Virus record (IMG/VR): IMGVR_UViG_3300024177_000002
Length of the DNA: 20,000 nucleotides
Source: an uncultured virus (IMG/VR IMGVR_UViG_3300024177_000002)
Taxonomy: Duplodnaviria > Heunggongvirae > Uroviricota > Caudoviricetes
Strand: one strand, 5' to 3'
Part shown: one piece after another, positions 1-6,304 of the stretch
Layout of the letters: each line of letters opens with the position of its first letter
Numbering within the stretch: position 1 is the first letter of the stretch
Translations under genes and position numbers: made by a program
The notes under the pieces: generated by a model
The model's input: the letters and a program-made list of their open reading frames with translations, nothing else
Database searches by the model: none
What the model was told of the DNA's origin: nothing

Positions 1-2
1 TT

Positions 3-86
3 GAATACGGCGTGACTGTGGTGAGGGATGCGACGCATTGGATGAGCATACCGGAAGCGCCGGAAGATGAACCGATTTCCAAATAA
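3..86 (+). CDS. 3' end of DUF551-family phage protein (partial, runs off the left edge)
   Basis: Frame reads EYGVTVVRDATHWMSIPEAPEDEPISK*. THWMxxPxxP is the typical DUF551 C-terminal motif. Confidence 0.75.
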   Translation, partial: EYGVTVVRDATHWMSIPEAPEDEPISK

Positions 87-91
87 AACTG

Positions 92-120
92 TTGACAGGT
101 GGATGGGGTTTGGGCAGGAT
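92..120 (+). promoter_or_regulatory. Putative sigma70-type promoter for the replication operon
   Basis: Perfect TTGACA at 92-97, 17-nt spacer, then a weak -10 CAGGAT at 115-120. It lies in the intergenic gap upstream of the initiator. Confidence 0.5.
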
Positions 121-156
121 TGAGGCATTGAAACGGTTGGCGATCAACCGAGAATA

Positions 157-285
157 ATGAAACCAGTCACGATAAACCGAATATCCAGAGAACCTCATCG
201 CTGCGGCTTTTTCACGCTCTCCCAGAGCGCCTGTTTCGCCGGATCGACAGAAGGTGAGGTTCTTTGGATTTTTGGTGTTTCTTGA
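157..285 (+). CDS. Putative 42-aa leader peptide coupled to the replication initiator
   Basis: ATG at 157, reads MKPVTINRISREPHRCGFFTLSQSACFAGSTEGEVLWIFGVS*. TGA at 283-285 overlaps TTG at 282-284 (TTGA). Confidence 0.4.
   Translation: MKPVTINRISREPHRCGFFTLSQSACFAGSTEGEVLWIFGVS
183..269 (+). ncRNA. Putative structured leader/antisense RNA (three-way junction, reminiscent of P1 C4 / P4 CI)
   Basis: 183-199 ATCCAGAGAACCTCATC pairs with 253-269 GGTGAGGTTCTTTGGAT (17 bp, two G-U). Inner hairpins are CGCTCT/AGAGCG (215-229) and CTGT..TCG/CGACAG (231-250). Confidence 0.55.
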
Positions 286-1160
286 AATCCCCTGCCTTCC
301 AGTTCTACCCCACTGATTACCTTGCAAGTCAGAGGGTTCAAATGATGACCCTTGAAGAAGAAGGCGCGTATTGCCGGTTGCTTTGGTCGTGTTGGCAACA
401 TGGCTCCATACCATCTGACCCAGAACTTGCCGCTCGCCTTGTTGGTAAGGGTTGTTCAGCCACCGTTGCAAGGGTGGTTCTGCCAATGTTCGAGGTTCCA
501 TGCGGCGAAGGTAGACTGACCCATGACAGACTTGAACGCGAAAGGGAGAAACAAGCTGAATGGAGGAAAAAATCTTCCGAAGGCGGTAAAAAATCCGCTG
601 AAATGAGATCAATTTCCAAGGGTGGTTCAAGGGTGGTTCAAGCACCGTATCAACCAAAGGGCAACATTCCAGTCTCCGTACTCCAGTCTCCTATTCCTGT
701 ACGTACCAACATAAACGGCGAATCTTCGATTGAAGAAGTCGGCCAACTCATCGAACAACTGGGGTTTACAATTTACAACCGAAATGAAGGACAACATCCA
801 ACCTACGATGAAGAACACGCCGCACTTGAAATTACCAAACGACCAGATTGGCAATCCGAGAAAGATCAAATACTTGCCTTCGGGAGAATTATTGATCCAA
901 AGGATCGCAGGTTTGATATGCCTAAAACACTTCTGAAATTACTCACAAATTGGTCATCGGCTCTCGATTCAGCCAGAAATTACAAACCCCATGCAAACAG
1001 CCAAACCTCTAAACCAAATCCTAGAAACATTGGTGTCTGTCGCGCCGGCCCTTCATATGGCGAGGCCGCAAAGCTTAAACAGCAACGGCAAAGCGAAAGA
1101 ATGGGCAACCAAGTGGCTCAGGATTCAAATCAAAAACCACCCGAAGTTGCTGGAACTTGA
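282..1160 (+). CDS. Phage replication initiator, DUF1376/YdaU family
   Basis: N-terminus (M)KSPAFQFYPTDYLASQRVQMMTLEEEGAYCRLLWSCW...GSIP and ...SEGGKKSAE are typical of DUF1376. It has internal iterons and is followed by a DnaC-like gene. TTG 282 is preferred over 264 because the family motif begins there. Confidence 0.85.
   Translation: MKSPAFQFYPTDYLASQRVQMMTLEEEGAYCRLLWSCWQHGSIPSDPELAARLVGKGCSATVARVVLPMFEVPCGEGRLTHDRLEREREKQAEWRKKSSEGGKKSAEMRSISKGGSRVVQAPYQPKGNIPVSVLQSPIPVRTNINGESSIEEVGQLIEQLGFTIYNRNEGQHPTYDEEHAALEITKRPDWQSEKDQILAFGRIIDPKDRRFDMPKTLLKLLTNWSSALDSARNYKPHANSQTSKPNPRNIGVCRAGPSYGEAAKLKQQRQSERMGNQVAQDSNQKPPEVAGT
447..665 (+). repeat. Iteron-like repeats (CAAGGGTGGTT), probable replication origin inside the initiator gene
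   Basis: Exact CAAGGGTGGTT at 469-479, 617-627 and 628-638. Variant AAGGGTTGTTC at 447-457. CAA-initiated units continue with 11-12-nt spacing at 639, 651 and 662. Confidence 0.7.
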
Positions 1161-1665
1161 GGCGGCGGGGTGGTGGTTCTGCAATGGCTACATGAAAAAT
1201 CCAGCGCGAGGGTTAATGCTTGTCATTATCGGCAATAACGGAGCGGGGAAAAGCTACGTTGCGGACAATATTCATCGCTGGGCCTGCAAGGTTGCATCAG
1301 GATTAAAAACGGTTCCAATTCCAGATGATGACGGAATAGGTTTCAAGTCGCCCGATGCTTTAATGATTCACTGGCCGACGTTCCTTGATGATTTGAAAGG
1401 TGGGGCCTGGAATAGCATTGTCGATTTGGAACGTGCCTCAATGCTGATTCTGGACGATGTAGGCGCGGCTCACGATCCTACGAAAGTTGGCCTGGATAAG
1501 CTGTGCCGAATTTTGTCGAAGCGGGAACATCGCTGGACGATTGCGACGACAAACCTTATGCCAGAGGCATGGGAGGAAGCTTTTGATAGGCGGGTTGCCA
1601 GCCGGCTTTTCCGAAATGCGGAGCATGTTGATTTTTCGGACGTTCCTGATTTTTGGGTGACATAG
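991..1665 (+). CDS. DnaC/IstB-like AAA+ ATPase (helicase loader)
   Basis: Walker A GNNGAGKS, Walker B LILDDVG, and TIATTNL plus DRRVASRL motifs. Directly follows and overlaps the initiator. Confidence 0.85.
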   Translation: MQTAKPLNQILETLVSVAPALHMARPQSLNSNGKAKEWATKWLRIQIKNHPKLLELEAAGWWFCNGYMKNPARGLMLVIIGNNGAGKSYVADNIHRWACKVASGLKTVPIPDDDGIGFKSPDALMIHWPTFLDDLKGGAWNSIVDLERASMLILDDVGAAHDPTKVGLDKLCRILSKREHRWTIATTNLMPEAWEEAFDRRVASRLFRNAEHVDFSDVPDFWVT

Positions 1666-1674
1666 AAAGTAATT

Positions 1675-1818
1675 ATGGACTCATCTGCATTCTCAGGCAT
1701 AGCGAAAGTTTGGACTTTTATGCTTGCAGTTCTTTTGCTGGCATTGCCGCTTGGAATTTGGAAGCTGATTGAAATCATAGTTTGGTTATTTCGCCACCTG
1801 AAGGTTAATTGGATATGA
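1675..1818 (+). CDS. Small membrane protein (47 aa; not in ORF track)
   Basis: MDSSAFSGIAKVWTFMLAVLLLALPLGIWKLIEIIVWLFRHLKVNWI*. Hydrophobic; ATGA overlap with the next gene at 1815. Confidence 0.7.
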   Translation: MDSSAFSGIAKVWTFMLAVLLLALPLGIWKLIEIIVWLFRHLKVNWI

Positions 1819-2012
1819 CCGCTAAAAAACACAGAGCCATCGTATCAGGCGCACTGCTGAACATCTGGCATAGGAAACTTCAGAATGCGGCCAGAAAGAA
1901 GGGATATGCATGGCTCATTCAAGGCGCGGAAGATCACCGTTCGGGATTTGAGGAAGGGTTGACGGTATATGAAGAACTTGAATCACAAATTGATTCTGCA
2001 AGGAGAACATGA
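1815..2012 (+). CDS. Hypothetical phage protein
   Basis: ATGA overlaps at both ends (1815/1818, 2009/2012). Confidence 0.65.
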   Translation: MTAKKHRAIVSGALLNIWHRKLQNAARKKGYAWLIQGAEDHRSGFEEGLTVYEELESQIDSARRT

Positions 2013-2272
2013 CCGCTGAACTTTTTGAATCGAAACCGCGCTTCAAAGGCTGCCTTCCGATTTGTCTTGAGGCAAATCTCCCATCAGCAAAAACGAAGGA
2101 CGAGCTTCGGGAATTTCTGAAAAAGAACGGGCCAAGTTGCCATGTTCTGAAGGTTTGGGCCTGTAGTTTTTGTGGATGCTTTCATGCGGAGACTGCGCCT
2201 CCCGACCCCAGCGGCGCGAGTTCCGGCACAGGCCGTCACGGTCGAAAACGAATTGAGCTTTCCGAGTTATGA
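2009..2272 (+). CDS. Hypothetical protein with CxxCxxxH zinc-finger-like motif
   Basis: VWACSFCGCFH motif; coupled ATGA overlaps. Confidence 0.65.
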   Translation: MTAELFESKPRFKGCLPICLEANLPSAKTKDELREFLKKNGPSCHVLKVWACSFCGCFHAETAPPDPSGASSGTGRHGRKRIELSEL

Positions 2273-2613
2273 AAACTAAACACAACAAAGACTGTGAACT
2301 TGGTGATAACTGGCGAGATTGTCCTGGCTGTAATCCGCTGCGCACGGATTTCCCTCCAGCAGTAAAAGCTCGAATCAAATCTGATTTCGAGGCACGGATC
2401 AAAGCGAAGCACGAGCTTACCAGACCCTCAAACGGATGCTGCCCATCGTGCGGCGATCCATGGACTGACCACACTGGTAAAATTCCGCTCTGCGTGGCGC
2501 TGAGGACGGCTTTGGAGACGTTAAGGCAGATTTCTGCGCTCCCGCGAGGCGGACGCGCAAAAAGGCTTGCGGCGAGCACTCTGAGGTTCCTGGAAAGCCA
2601 GATGGAGTTATGA
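2269..2613 (+). CDS. Hypothetical Cys/His-rich protein
   Basis: HNKDC..CPGC and CPSC..H..C motifs; ATGA overlaps on both sides. Confidence 0.65.
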   Translation: MKTKHNKDCELGDNWRDCPGCNPLRTDFPPAVKARIKSDFEARIKAKHELTRPSNGCCPSCGDPWTDHTGKIPLCVALRTALETLRQISALPRGGRAKRLAASTLRFLESQMEL

Positions 2614-3521
2614 GCGAACCTATTCATATCATATCACTGGGAGCAGGCGTGCAATCAAGTTGCATGGCGCTCATGGCTGCTGCCGGCAAAATTACACCGA
2701 TGCCTAAATGCGCCATATTCGCGGATACTCAGGATGAACCTGAATCGGTTTACAGGTGGCTGGACTGGCTTGAAAAGCAGTTGCCGTTTCCGGTTCACCG
2801 CGTCACTAAAGGCAGTTTGAGTGAGCAGGCTTTGAAGATGCGAACCACCAAAGACGGGCGTAGTTTCACGGTGACAAGCATTCCGTATCACACGCTCTCC
2901 GATGGTGAAGAAACTCGGTGTGTGAATTGCGCCACTCACACCCATCGCCAATTTAAGGGAATGAAGTGCGATGAATGCGGAGGTAGTCGGTTTGAAATAA
3001 AGTCGGTAAATCGAGTCGGTATGATTCCGCACAGAACTTGCACGGCGGATTTCAAAATTAAACCGCTTCTGAAAGAAGCACGTAAACAAGGCGGAATAAA
3101 GCGCGGGCAAAAAACAATCGGAGTCGTTCAGTGGATCGGTATTTCGCTGGACGAAATTACACGCATGAAGCCAAGTCGGGAGCCGTGGTGTGAATCTCGA
3201 TGGCCGCTGGTTGATGCGCGAATGAATCGACACGATTGCCTTCGGTGGATGGAAAATAATGGATTTCCGAAGCCTCCAAGAAGCGCCTGTGTTTATTGCC
3301 CATTCCACTCCAATGCAGAATGGTCACGTTTAAAAAGAGATGAGCCAGTTGCCTTTGAGCGAGCAGTTGCCAAGAGTAAAGGTTTGACCAGTAATTTTCA
3401 TAGCAAGATTTTTCTTCATAAATCTTGCAAGCCTTTGGACGAGGTGGATTTCTCAACGGAAGAAGAACGCGGCCAAATCAACATGTTTGAAAATGACTGC
3501 TCAGGCATGTGTGGCGTGTGA
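2610..3521 (+). CDS. PAPS-reductase-like / adenine nucleotide alpha-hydrolase (PP-loop) phage protein with an inserted Zn ribbon
   Basis: IISLGAGVQSS PP-loop variant, AIFADT, CTADFKIKP, WIGISLDE, PPRSACVYCPFHS and C-terminal CSGMCGV. Confidence 0.8.
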   Translation: MSEPIHIISLGAGVQSSCMALMAAAGKITPMPKCAIFADTQDEPESVYRWLDWLEKQLPFPVHRVTKGSLSEQALKMRTTKDGRSFTVTSIPYHTLSDGEETRCVNCATHTHRQFKGMKCDECGGSRFEIKSVNRVGMIPHRTCTADFKIKPLLKEARKQGGIKRGQKTIGVVQWIGISLDEITRMKPSREPWCESRWPLVDARMNRHDCLRWMENNGFPKPPRSACVYCPFHSNAEWSRLKRDEPVAFERAVAKSKGLTSNFHSKIFLHKSCKPLDEVDFSTEEERGQINMFENDCSGMCGV

Positions 3522-3760
3522 CCCTATCCAAAATCCATTTCTACTTTTGCCAACTGCCACCGCCTAAATTTGAGGCTGCGCTGTGCTTTGGATTCCTCGG
3601 TCAAGCTGAGGCGGCCTTGGCTAAAATGAAGCCGTTTGAATCACTGATGGTGTCGAGGCGCGATCATTCCATGGACATGCTAGACATGGCTAGGAAACTG
3701 CGAATCAAAATCAGCACGAAGAAGATCAGTGGGAAAGGCTGGTTGGTGACGAAGTTATAA
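3518..3760 (+). CDS. Hypothetical protein, possibly with an AbrB/ribbon-like DNA-binding C-terminus
   Basis: GTGA overlap at 3518/3521; basic C-terminus ARKLRIKISTKKISGKGWLVTKL. Confidence 0.5.
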   Translation: MTLSKIHFYFCQLPPPKFEAALCFGFLGQAEAALAKMKPFESLMVSRRDHSMDMLDMARKLRIKISTKKISGKGWLVTKL

Positions 3761-4049
3761 TTTGTATATCCGTTCCGTTTTCTTTGAACCACATTTCAAC
3801 TTGTCGGGCAGCGTCAGATATTTCCCTCGGAATTTCAGGCATGAAAACTCCCGGCATGAATTGAACCGGCTCCAATCGTTTCACCCAACCAGTCGGCGGC
3901 TCTGCTGATTTCCACTCATTTCCAACTCGTTTCCACCAGGTATTGTCGGCGGCGTGAAACATGCGATCGTCGGGCGAATTGCAACAATTTTCACCGAATT
4001 TGGCCTTCGCGTAAACTATAGCCTCGAAAAAATCGTTCTTAGAACTCAT
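3726..4049 (-). CDS. Hypothetical phage protein
   Basis: 107-aa ORF, last gene of the minus-strand block, ATGA-coupled to the upstream gene. Confidence 0.6.
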   Translation of the reverse strand: MSSKNDFFEAIVYAKAKFGENCCNSPDDRMFHAADNTWWKRVGNEWKSAEPPTGWVKRLEPVQFMPGVFMPEIPREISDAARQVEMWFKENGTDIQIITSSPTSLSH

Positions 4050-4222
4050 ATTGAAAGTTTGGCTACGCGCCGTTTCTCTGCGTTCCTGACCTCGTTGATC
4101 CGGCGCTTCAGCCAGATGGGATTATACCATGGATAGCTTGGCATCACCGTATCAAACACTTCCTGCGTTGTTGCATCTGGATTTACGGCCAGAACTTTCT
4201 TGATGATGGCAGTGATGTTCAC
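4046..4222 (-). CDS. Hypothetical 58-aa protein (not in ORF track)
   Basis: GTG start, MNITAIIKKVLAVNPDATTQEVFDTVMPSYPWYNPIWLKRRINEVRNAEKRRVAKLSI*. Its stop overlaps the ATG at 4049. Confidence 0.6.
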   Translation of the reverse strand: MNITAIIKKVLAVNPDATTQEVFDTVMPSYPWYNPIWLKRRINEVRNAEKRRVAKLSI

Positions 4223-4296
4223 GGCTCAATAAATTCAATCGGTATTCCAAGTTCTTTGGCGATCTCCATTTCAGCTTTCACGCCGACGGATTGTTG
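4219..4296 (-). pseudogene. C-terminal remnant of a DUF1937/DUF4406 (nucleoside deoxyribosyltransferase-like) gene
   Basis: Reads *QQSVGVKAEMEIAKELGIPIEFIEP*, matching the SxGxxxExxxAxxLGIPV family tail. The stop overlaps the GTG at 4222 and an in-frame TAA lies immediately upstream. Confidence 0.6.
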
Positions 4297-4826
4297 TTAA
4301 ACGTGATTAGTTTTGCATCGAGTTTAGATTGCCGGATTGCCAAAACTTTGTTCTCTCCATATGCCACAAGGCAGGACGGCGCACCAATGCAGTTGTCACT
4401 CAGCTTACCGGTGACGTGGTGGAAAATGAGTCGGCCACGAAAGAAAAATATCGCGTCAGCCTTATTCCGTACGGTCTTAAAGAACATTCCGGTTTCAGTT
4501 CTGGCGCAGATAAGCGCGATTCCGTTGCCATGATCAGCCAAACGACGCATGAATCGGACACATTCTTTGCCATAAGGCGGATTCATCCAAACGCGACCAG
4601 TCCACGGTTTAATGAGTCCGTTATCAAGAATTGTATAGTGATTCTTGGCGGTAGGCCATGGCCGATTTATGGGAGAACTTGGGTCTAGGTCGAATTCGCC
4701 GAGGGCCTTGATAATTTCAGGTGGTGTAAGCCATTCATCCTTGCCGTCTTTTAGCGACTCAAAAATACCAAACCCAGCAGGAGTAATGTTAGGATCATTC
4801 GTTCCGTCTAAAAGAACCTGATTCAT
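4278..4826 (-). CDS. Phage DNA N6-adenine methyltransferase (Dam-like, PF05869-type)
   Basis: DEWLTPPEII, FDLDP, VWMNPPYG catalytic motif, ARTET and GRL.F motifs. Confidence 0.9.
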   Translation of the reverse strand: MNQVLLDGTNDPNITPAGFGIFESLKDGKDEWLTPPEIIKALGEFDLDPSSPINRPWPTAKNHYTILDNGLIKPWTGRVWMNPPYGKECVRFMRRLADHGNGIALICARTETGMFFKTVRNKADAIFFFRGRLIFHHVTGKLSDNCIGAPSCLVAYGENKVLAIRQSKLDAKLITFNNNPSA

Positions 4827-4897
4827 AATCCGTCATGCATTTTCCTCTCCAAAAACGTCTGGTAATCCAATGCGGGTTTTTGATCGGTGATGTTCAT
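4823..4897 (-). pseudogene. 24-aa mini-ORF, possible N-terminal remnant of a phage SNF2-helicase/methylase gene
   Basis: MNITDQKPALDYQTFLERKMHDGL*. Resembles the YxxFLxxK...G N-terminus of such proteins; the stop overlaps the MTase ATG. Confidence 0.4.
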
Positions 4898-4899
4898 GG

Positions 4900-5238
4900 C
4901 TATGCTTCGATCACGTGCCGCCATCTGGCATAAAATGCGTCCATGGCCTGAACGGCGGCGATGTTGTCGTTAGGGTCTTTGACTAAATCACCGCCAGCGT
5001 TTTTGTGTCCGAAAAATATTGAGCTAACGTAATTTGAGTACATTTCCGGGTGATCCTCAAAACCGAGACGGATAGCAGAATCCGCGCAGACCATTTGCCA
5101 CGATGTTCCAGAAGCATCGCAAATATGTCCCGCAATACAGCCACGAGTTCCACACCACGAGGTATCCCAATCGAAATTCTCCGGTTGCGTCTTAACGCGC
5201 TCACGAGCCTTATTCCAAAGTTCTTTGTTAAAGTTCAT
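4900..5238 (-). CDS. Hypothetical phage protein with WCGTxxCxAG motif
   Basis: FDWDTSWCGTRGCIAGHIC, a motif that recurs in small phage proteins. Confidence 0.7.
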   Translation of the reverse strand: MNFNKELWNKARERVKTQPENFDWDTSWCGTRGCIAGHICDASGTSWQMVCADSAIRLGFEDHPEMYSNYVSSIFFGHKNAGGDLVKDPNDNIAAVQAMDAFYARWRHVIEA

Positions 5239-5626
5239 TTTGTTTTTTCACAATTTCGAGGAAGCTTTCAAAAGAGTAGCATAAAAACACAGTCCAGTTC
5301 TGCATCCTCATCTTGCACGACCATTCCAATTGCTTTTCGGTTTGCTTCTTTCCGTGGGCTTTGGCTTCAACGCAAATACACAAAGGGAACGGCCCCCAGA
5401 TGGTTAGGTCGTGAACGCCAGGCCCAAAAGTTGTGGGCTGATCCATTCTGGCATGAAGATAGGGCCATTGGGGCCATTGTTGGTCGCACCAATCCATGAT
5501 TTCTCGATGCAATTTAGCCTCTGAATCACAACCTTTCTCCGGCAACGTGACTTGAACCGGCTCGCGCACTCGATTCCGCTCAAGCCTGCGGAGCATGTTC
5601 TCGGCGTCTATTGGGTTAATGCCCAT
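5228..5626 (-). CDS. VRR-NUC-like PD-(D/E)xK nuclease / Holliday junction resolvase
   Basis: SEAKLH, GVHDL, VEAK..GKKQTEKQLEW and terminal SFESF motifs. Confidence 0.8.
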   Translation of the reverse strand: MGINPIDAENMLRRLERNRVREPVQVTLPEKGCDSEAKLHREIMDWCDQQWPQWPYLHARMDQPTTFGPGVHDLTIWGPFPLCICVEAKAHGKKQTEKQLEWSCKMRMQNWTVFLCYSFESFLEIVKKQNEL

Positions 5627-5629
5627 ATT

Positions 5630-5803
5630 CTATTCCGCAAGCGTGATTATCTCCTGCGCCACTTCAACCAATTCAGAATCCTTTGAGTCAAGAAACGCCA
5701 CGGGTTGATCCAAAAGCATCGTCAGGATCGAGCGCGCAAGTTCTGCGTAAGGCGAATAATCCTTGCGCTGGACGGGCGTTAAGATGGCGGCAGTATCAAT
5801 CAC
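5630..5803 (-). CDS. Hypothetical 57-aa protein (not in ORF track), first gene of the leftward block
   Basis: GTG 5803, MIDTAAILTPVQRKDYSPYAELARSILTMLLDQPVAFLDSKDSELVEVAQEIITLAE*. Fills the gap exactly. Confidence 0.55.
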   Translation of the reverse strand: MIDTAAILTPVQRKDYSPYAELARSILTMLLDQPVAFLDSKDSELVEVAQEIITLAE

Positions 5804-5869
5804 GGTGAAAATTTATCAAAATAGGTCTTGAAGTCAAGCCATGAATGTGTTTTATTTTTCAGTAGTTGA
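5804..5869. promoter_or_regulatory. Divergent promoter region with overlapping -35 elements
   Basis: AT-rich gap between divergent genes. Inverted repeat CTTGA-AG-TCAAG (5827-5838) provides TTGACT on the minus strand (followed by TGnTAAATT) and TTGAAG on the plus strand. Confidence 0.55.
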
Positions 5870-6133
5870 ATGAAAGAGATTCAGGACAAATTTACGAAGC
5901 TGAAAATTTCCAGGCAAATGAAGTGGCAATTACGCAAGATGGCTAATGGTTTGTGCCATATTTGCGGCAAGCCGGCAGAAAATGGCCCTCGGTGCTTGAA
6001 GCACATGGTTGAGCATCGAGAGTGGCAGGCAAAGCGATTTGGAACAAGGCGAAGGTATAACAGTTTATCCCGCCGCCTTGAAAAACAAACCCAAGGAAAG
6101 AAACGACCGAGCAAGAATACCAACAAGAGATAG
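5870..6133 (+). CDS. Basic zinc-finger protein (CxxC...CxxH)
   Basis: GLCHICGKPAENGPRCLKH; first gene of the rightward block. Confidence 0.7.
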   Translation: MKEIQDKFTKLKISRQMKWQLRKMANGLCHICGKPAENGPRCLKHMVEHREWQAKRFGTRRRYNSLSRRLEKQTQGKKRPSKNTNKR

Positions 6134-6300
6134 ACGCTATCAAGAAAAGGACGATCACACTTTGGAAGATAGCCGGATGCTGTTTCCTTGGCGCATCTTT
6201 ACTTTGGCTGCCTCAAAAAGAATGGATGAAAGCATTGATGTCTGCTACCGAGGCTTGGCTGTGCTGGGTTATTTTAACCGGGAAAGGCCCGATGCCTTAA
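6103..6300 (+). pseudogene. Possible small membrane protein with an ACG (mutated ATG) start
   Basis: (T)TEQEYQQEIDAIKKRTITLWKIAGCCFLGASLLWLPQKEWMKALMSATEAWLCWVILTGKGPMP*. AAGGA lies upstream. ACGA at 6103-6106 would be an ATGA overlap if base 6104 were T. Confidence 0.4.
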
Positions 6301-6304
6301 TCGA

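Noticed and set aside
264..281. ORF-track start (TTG 264) for the initiator
   Set aside because: It lies inside the 3' arm of the RNA stem. The family motif begins at TTG 282, which is also coupled to the leader ORF stop.
617..665. Short direct repeats as a mini-CRISPR array
   Set aside because: They are 11-bp tandem units without spacers inside a coding region, so iterons explain them better.
2043..3456. Long minus-strand ORFs (2043-2627, 2655-3308, 3157-3456)
   Set aside because: They are antisense shadows of coupled plus-strand genes and carry no recognisable motifs.
4278..5626. Type II restriction-modification pair (MTase plus nuclease)
   Set aside because: The nuclease looks like a stand-alone VRR-NUC resolvase type. 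Both genes are common independent phage genes and are not adjacent.
3740..5870. Recombinase-driven invertible segment
   Set aside because: I found no convincing inverted repeats at the two boundaries and no invertase or integrase in the window.
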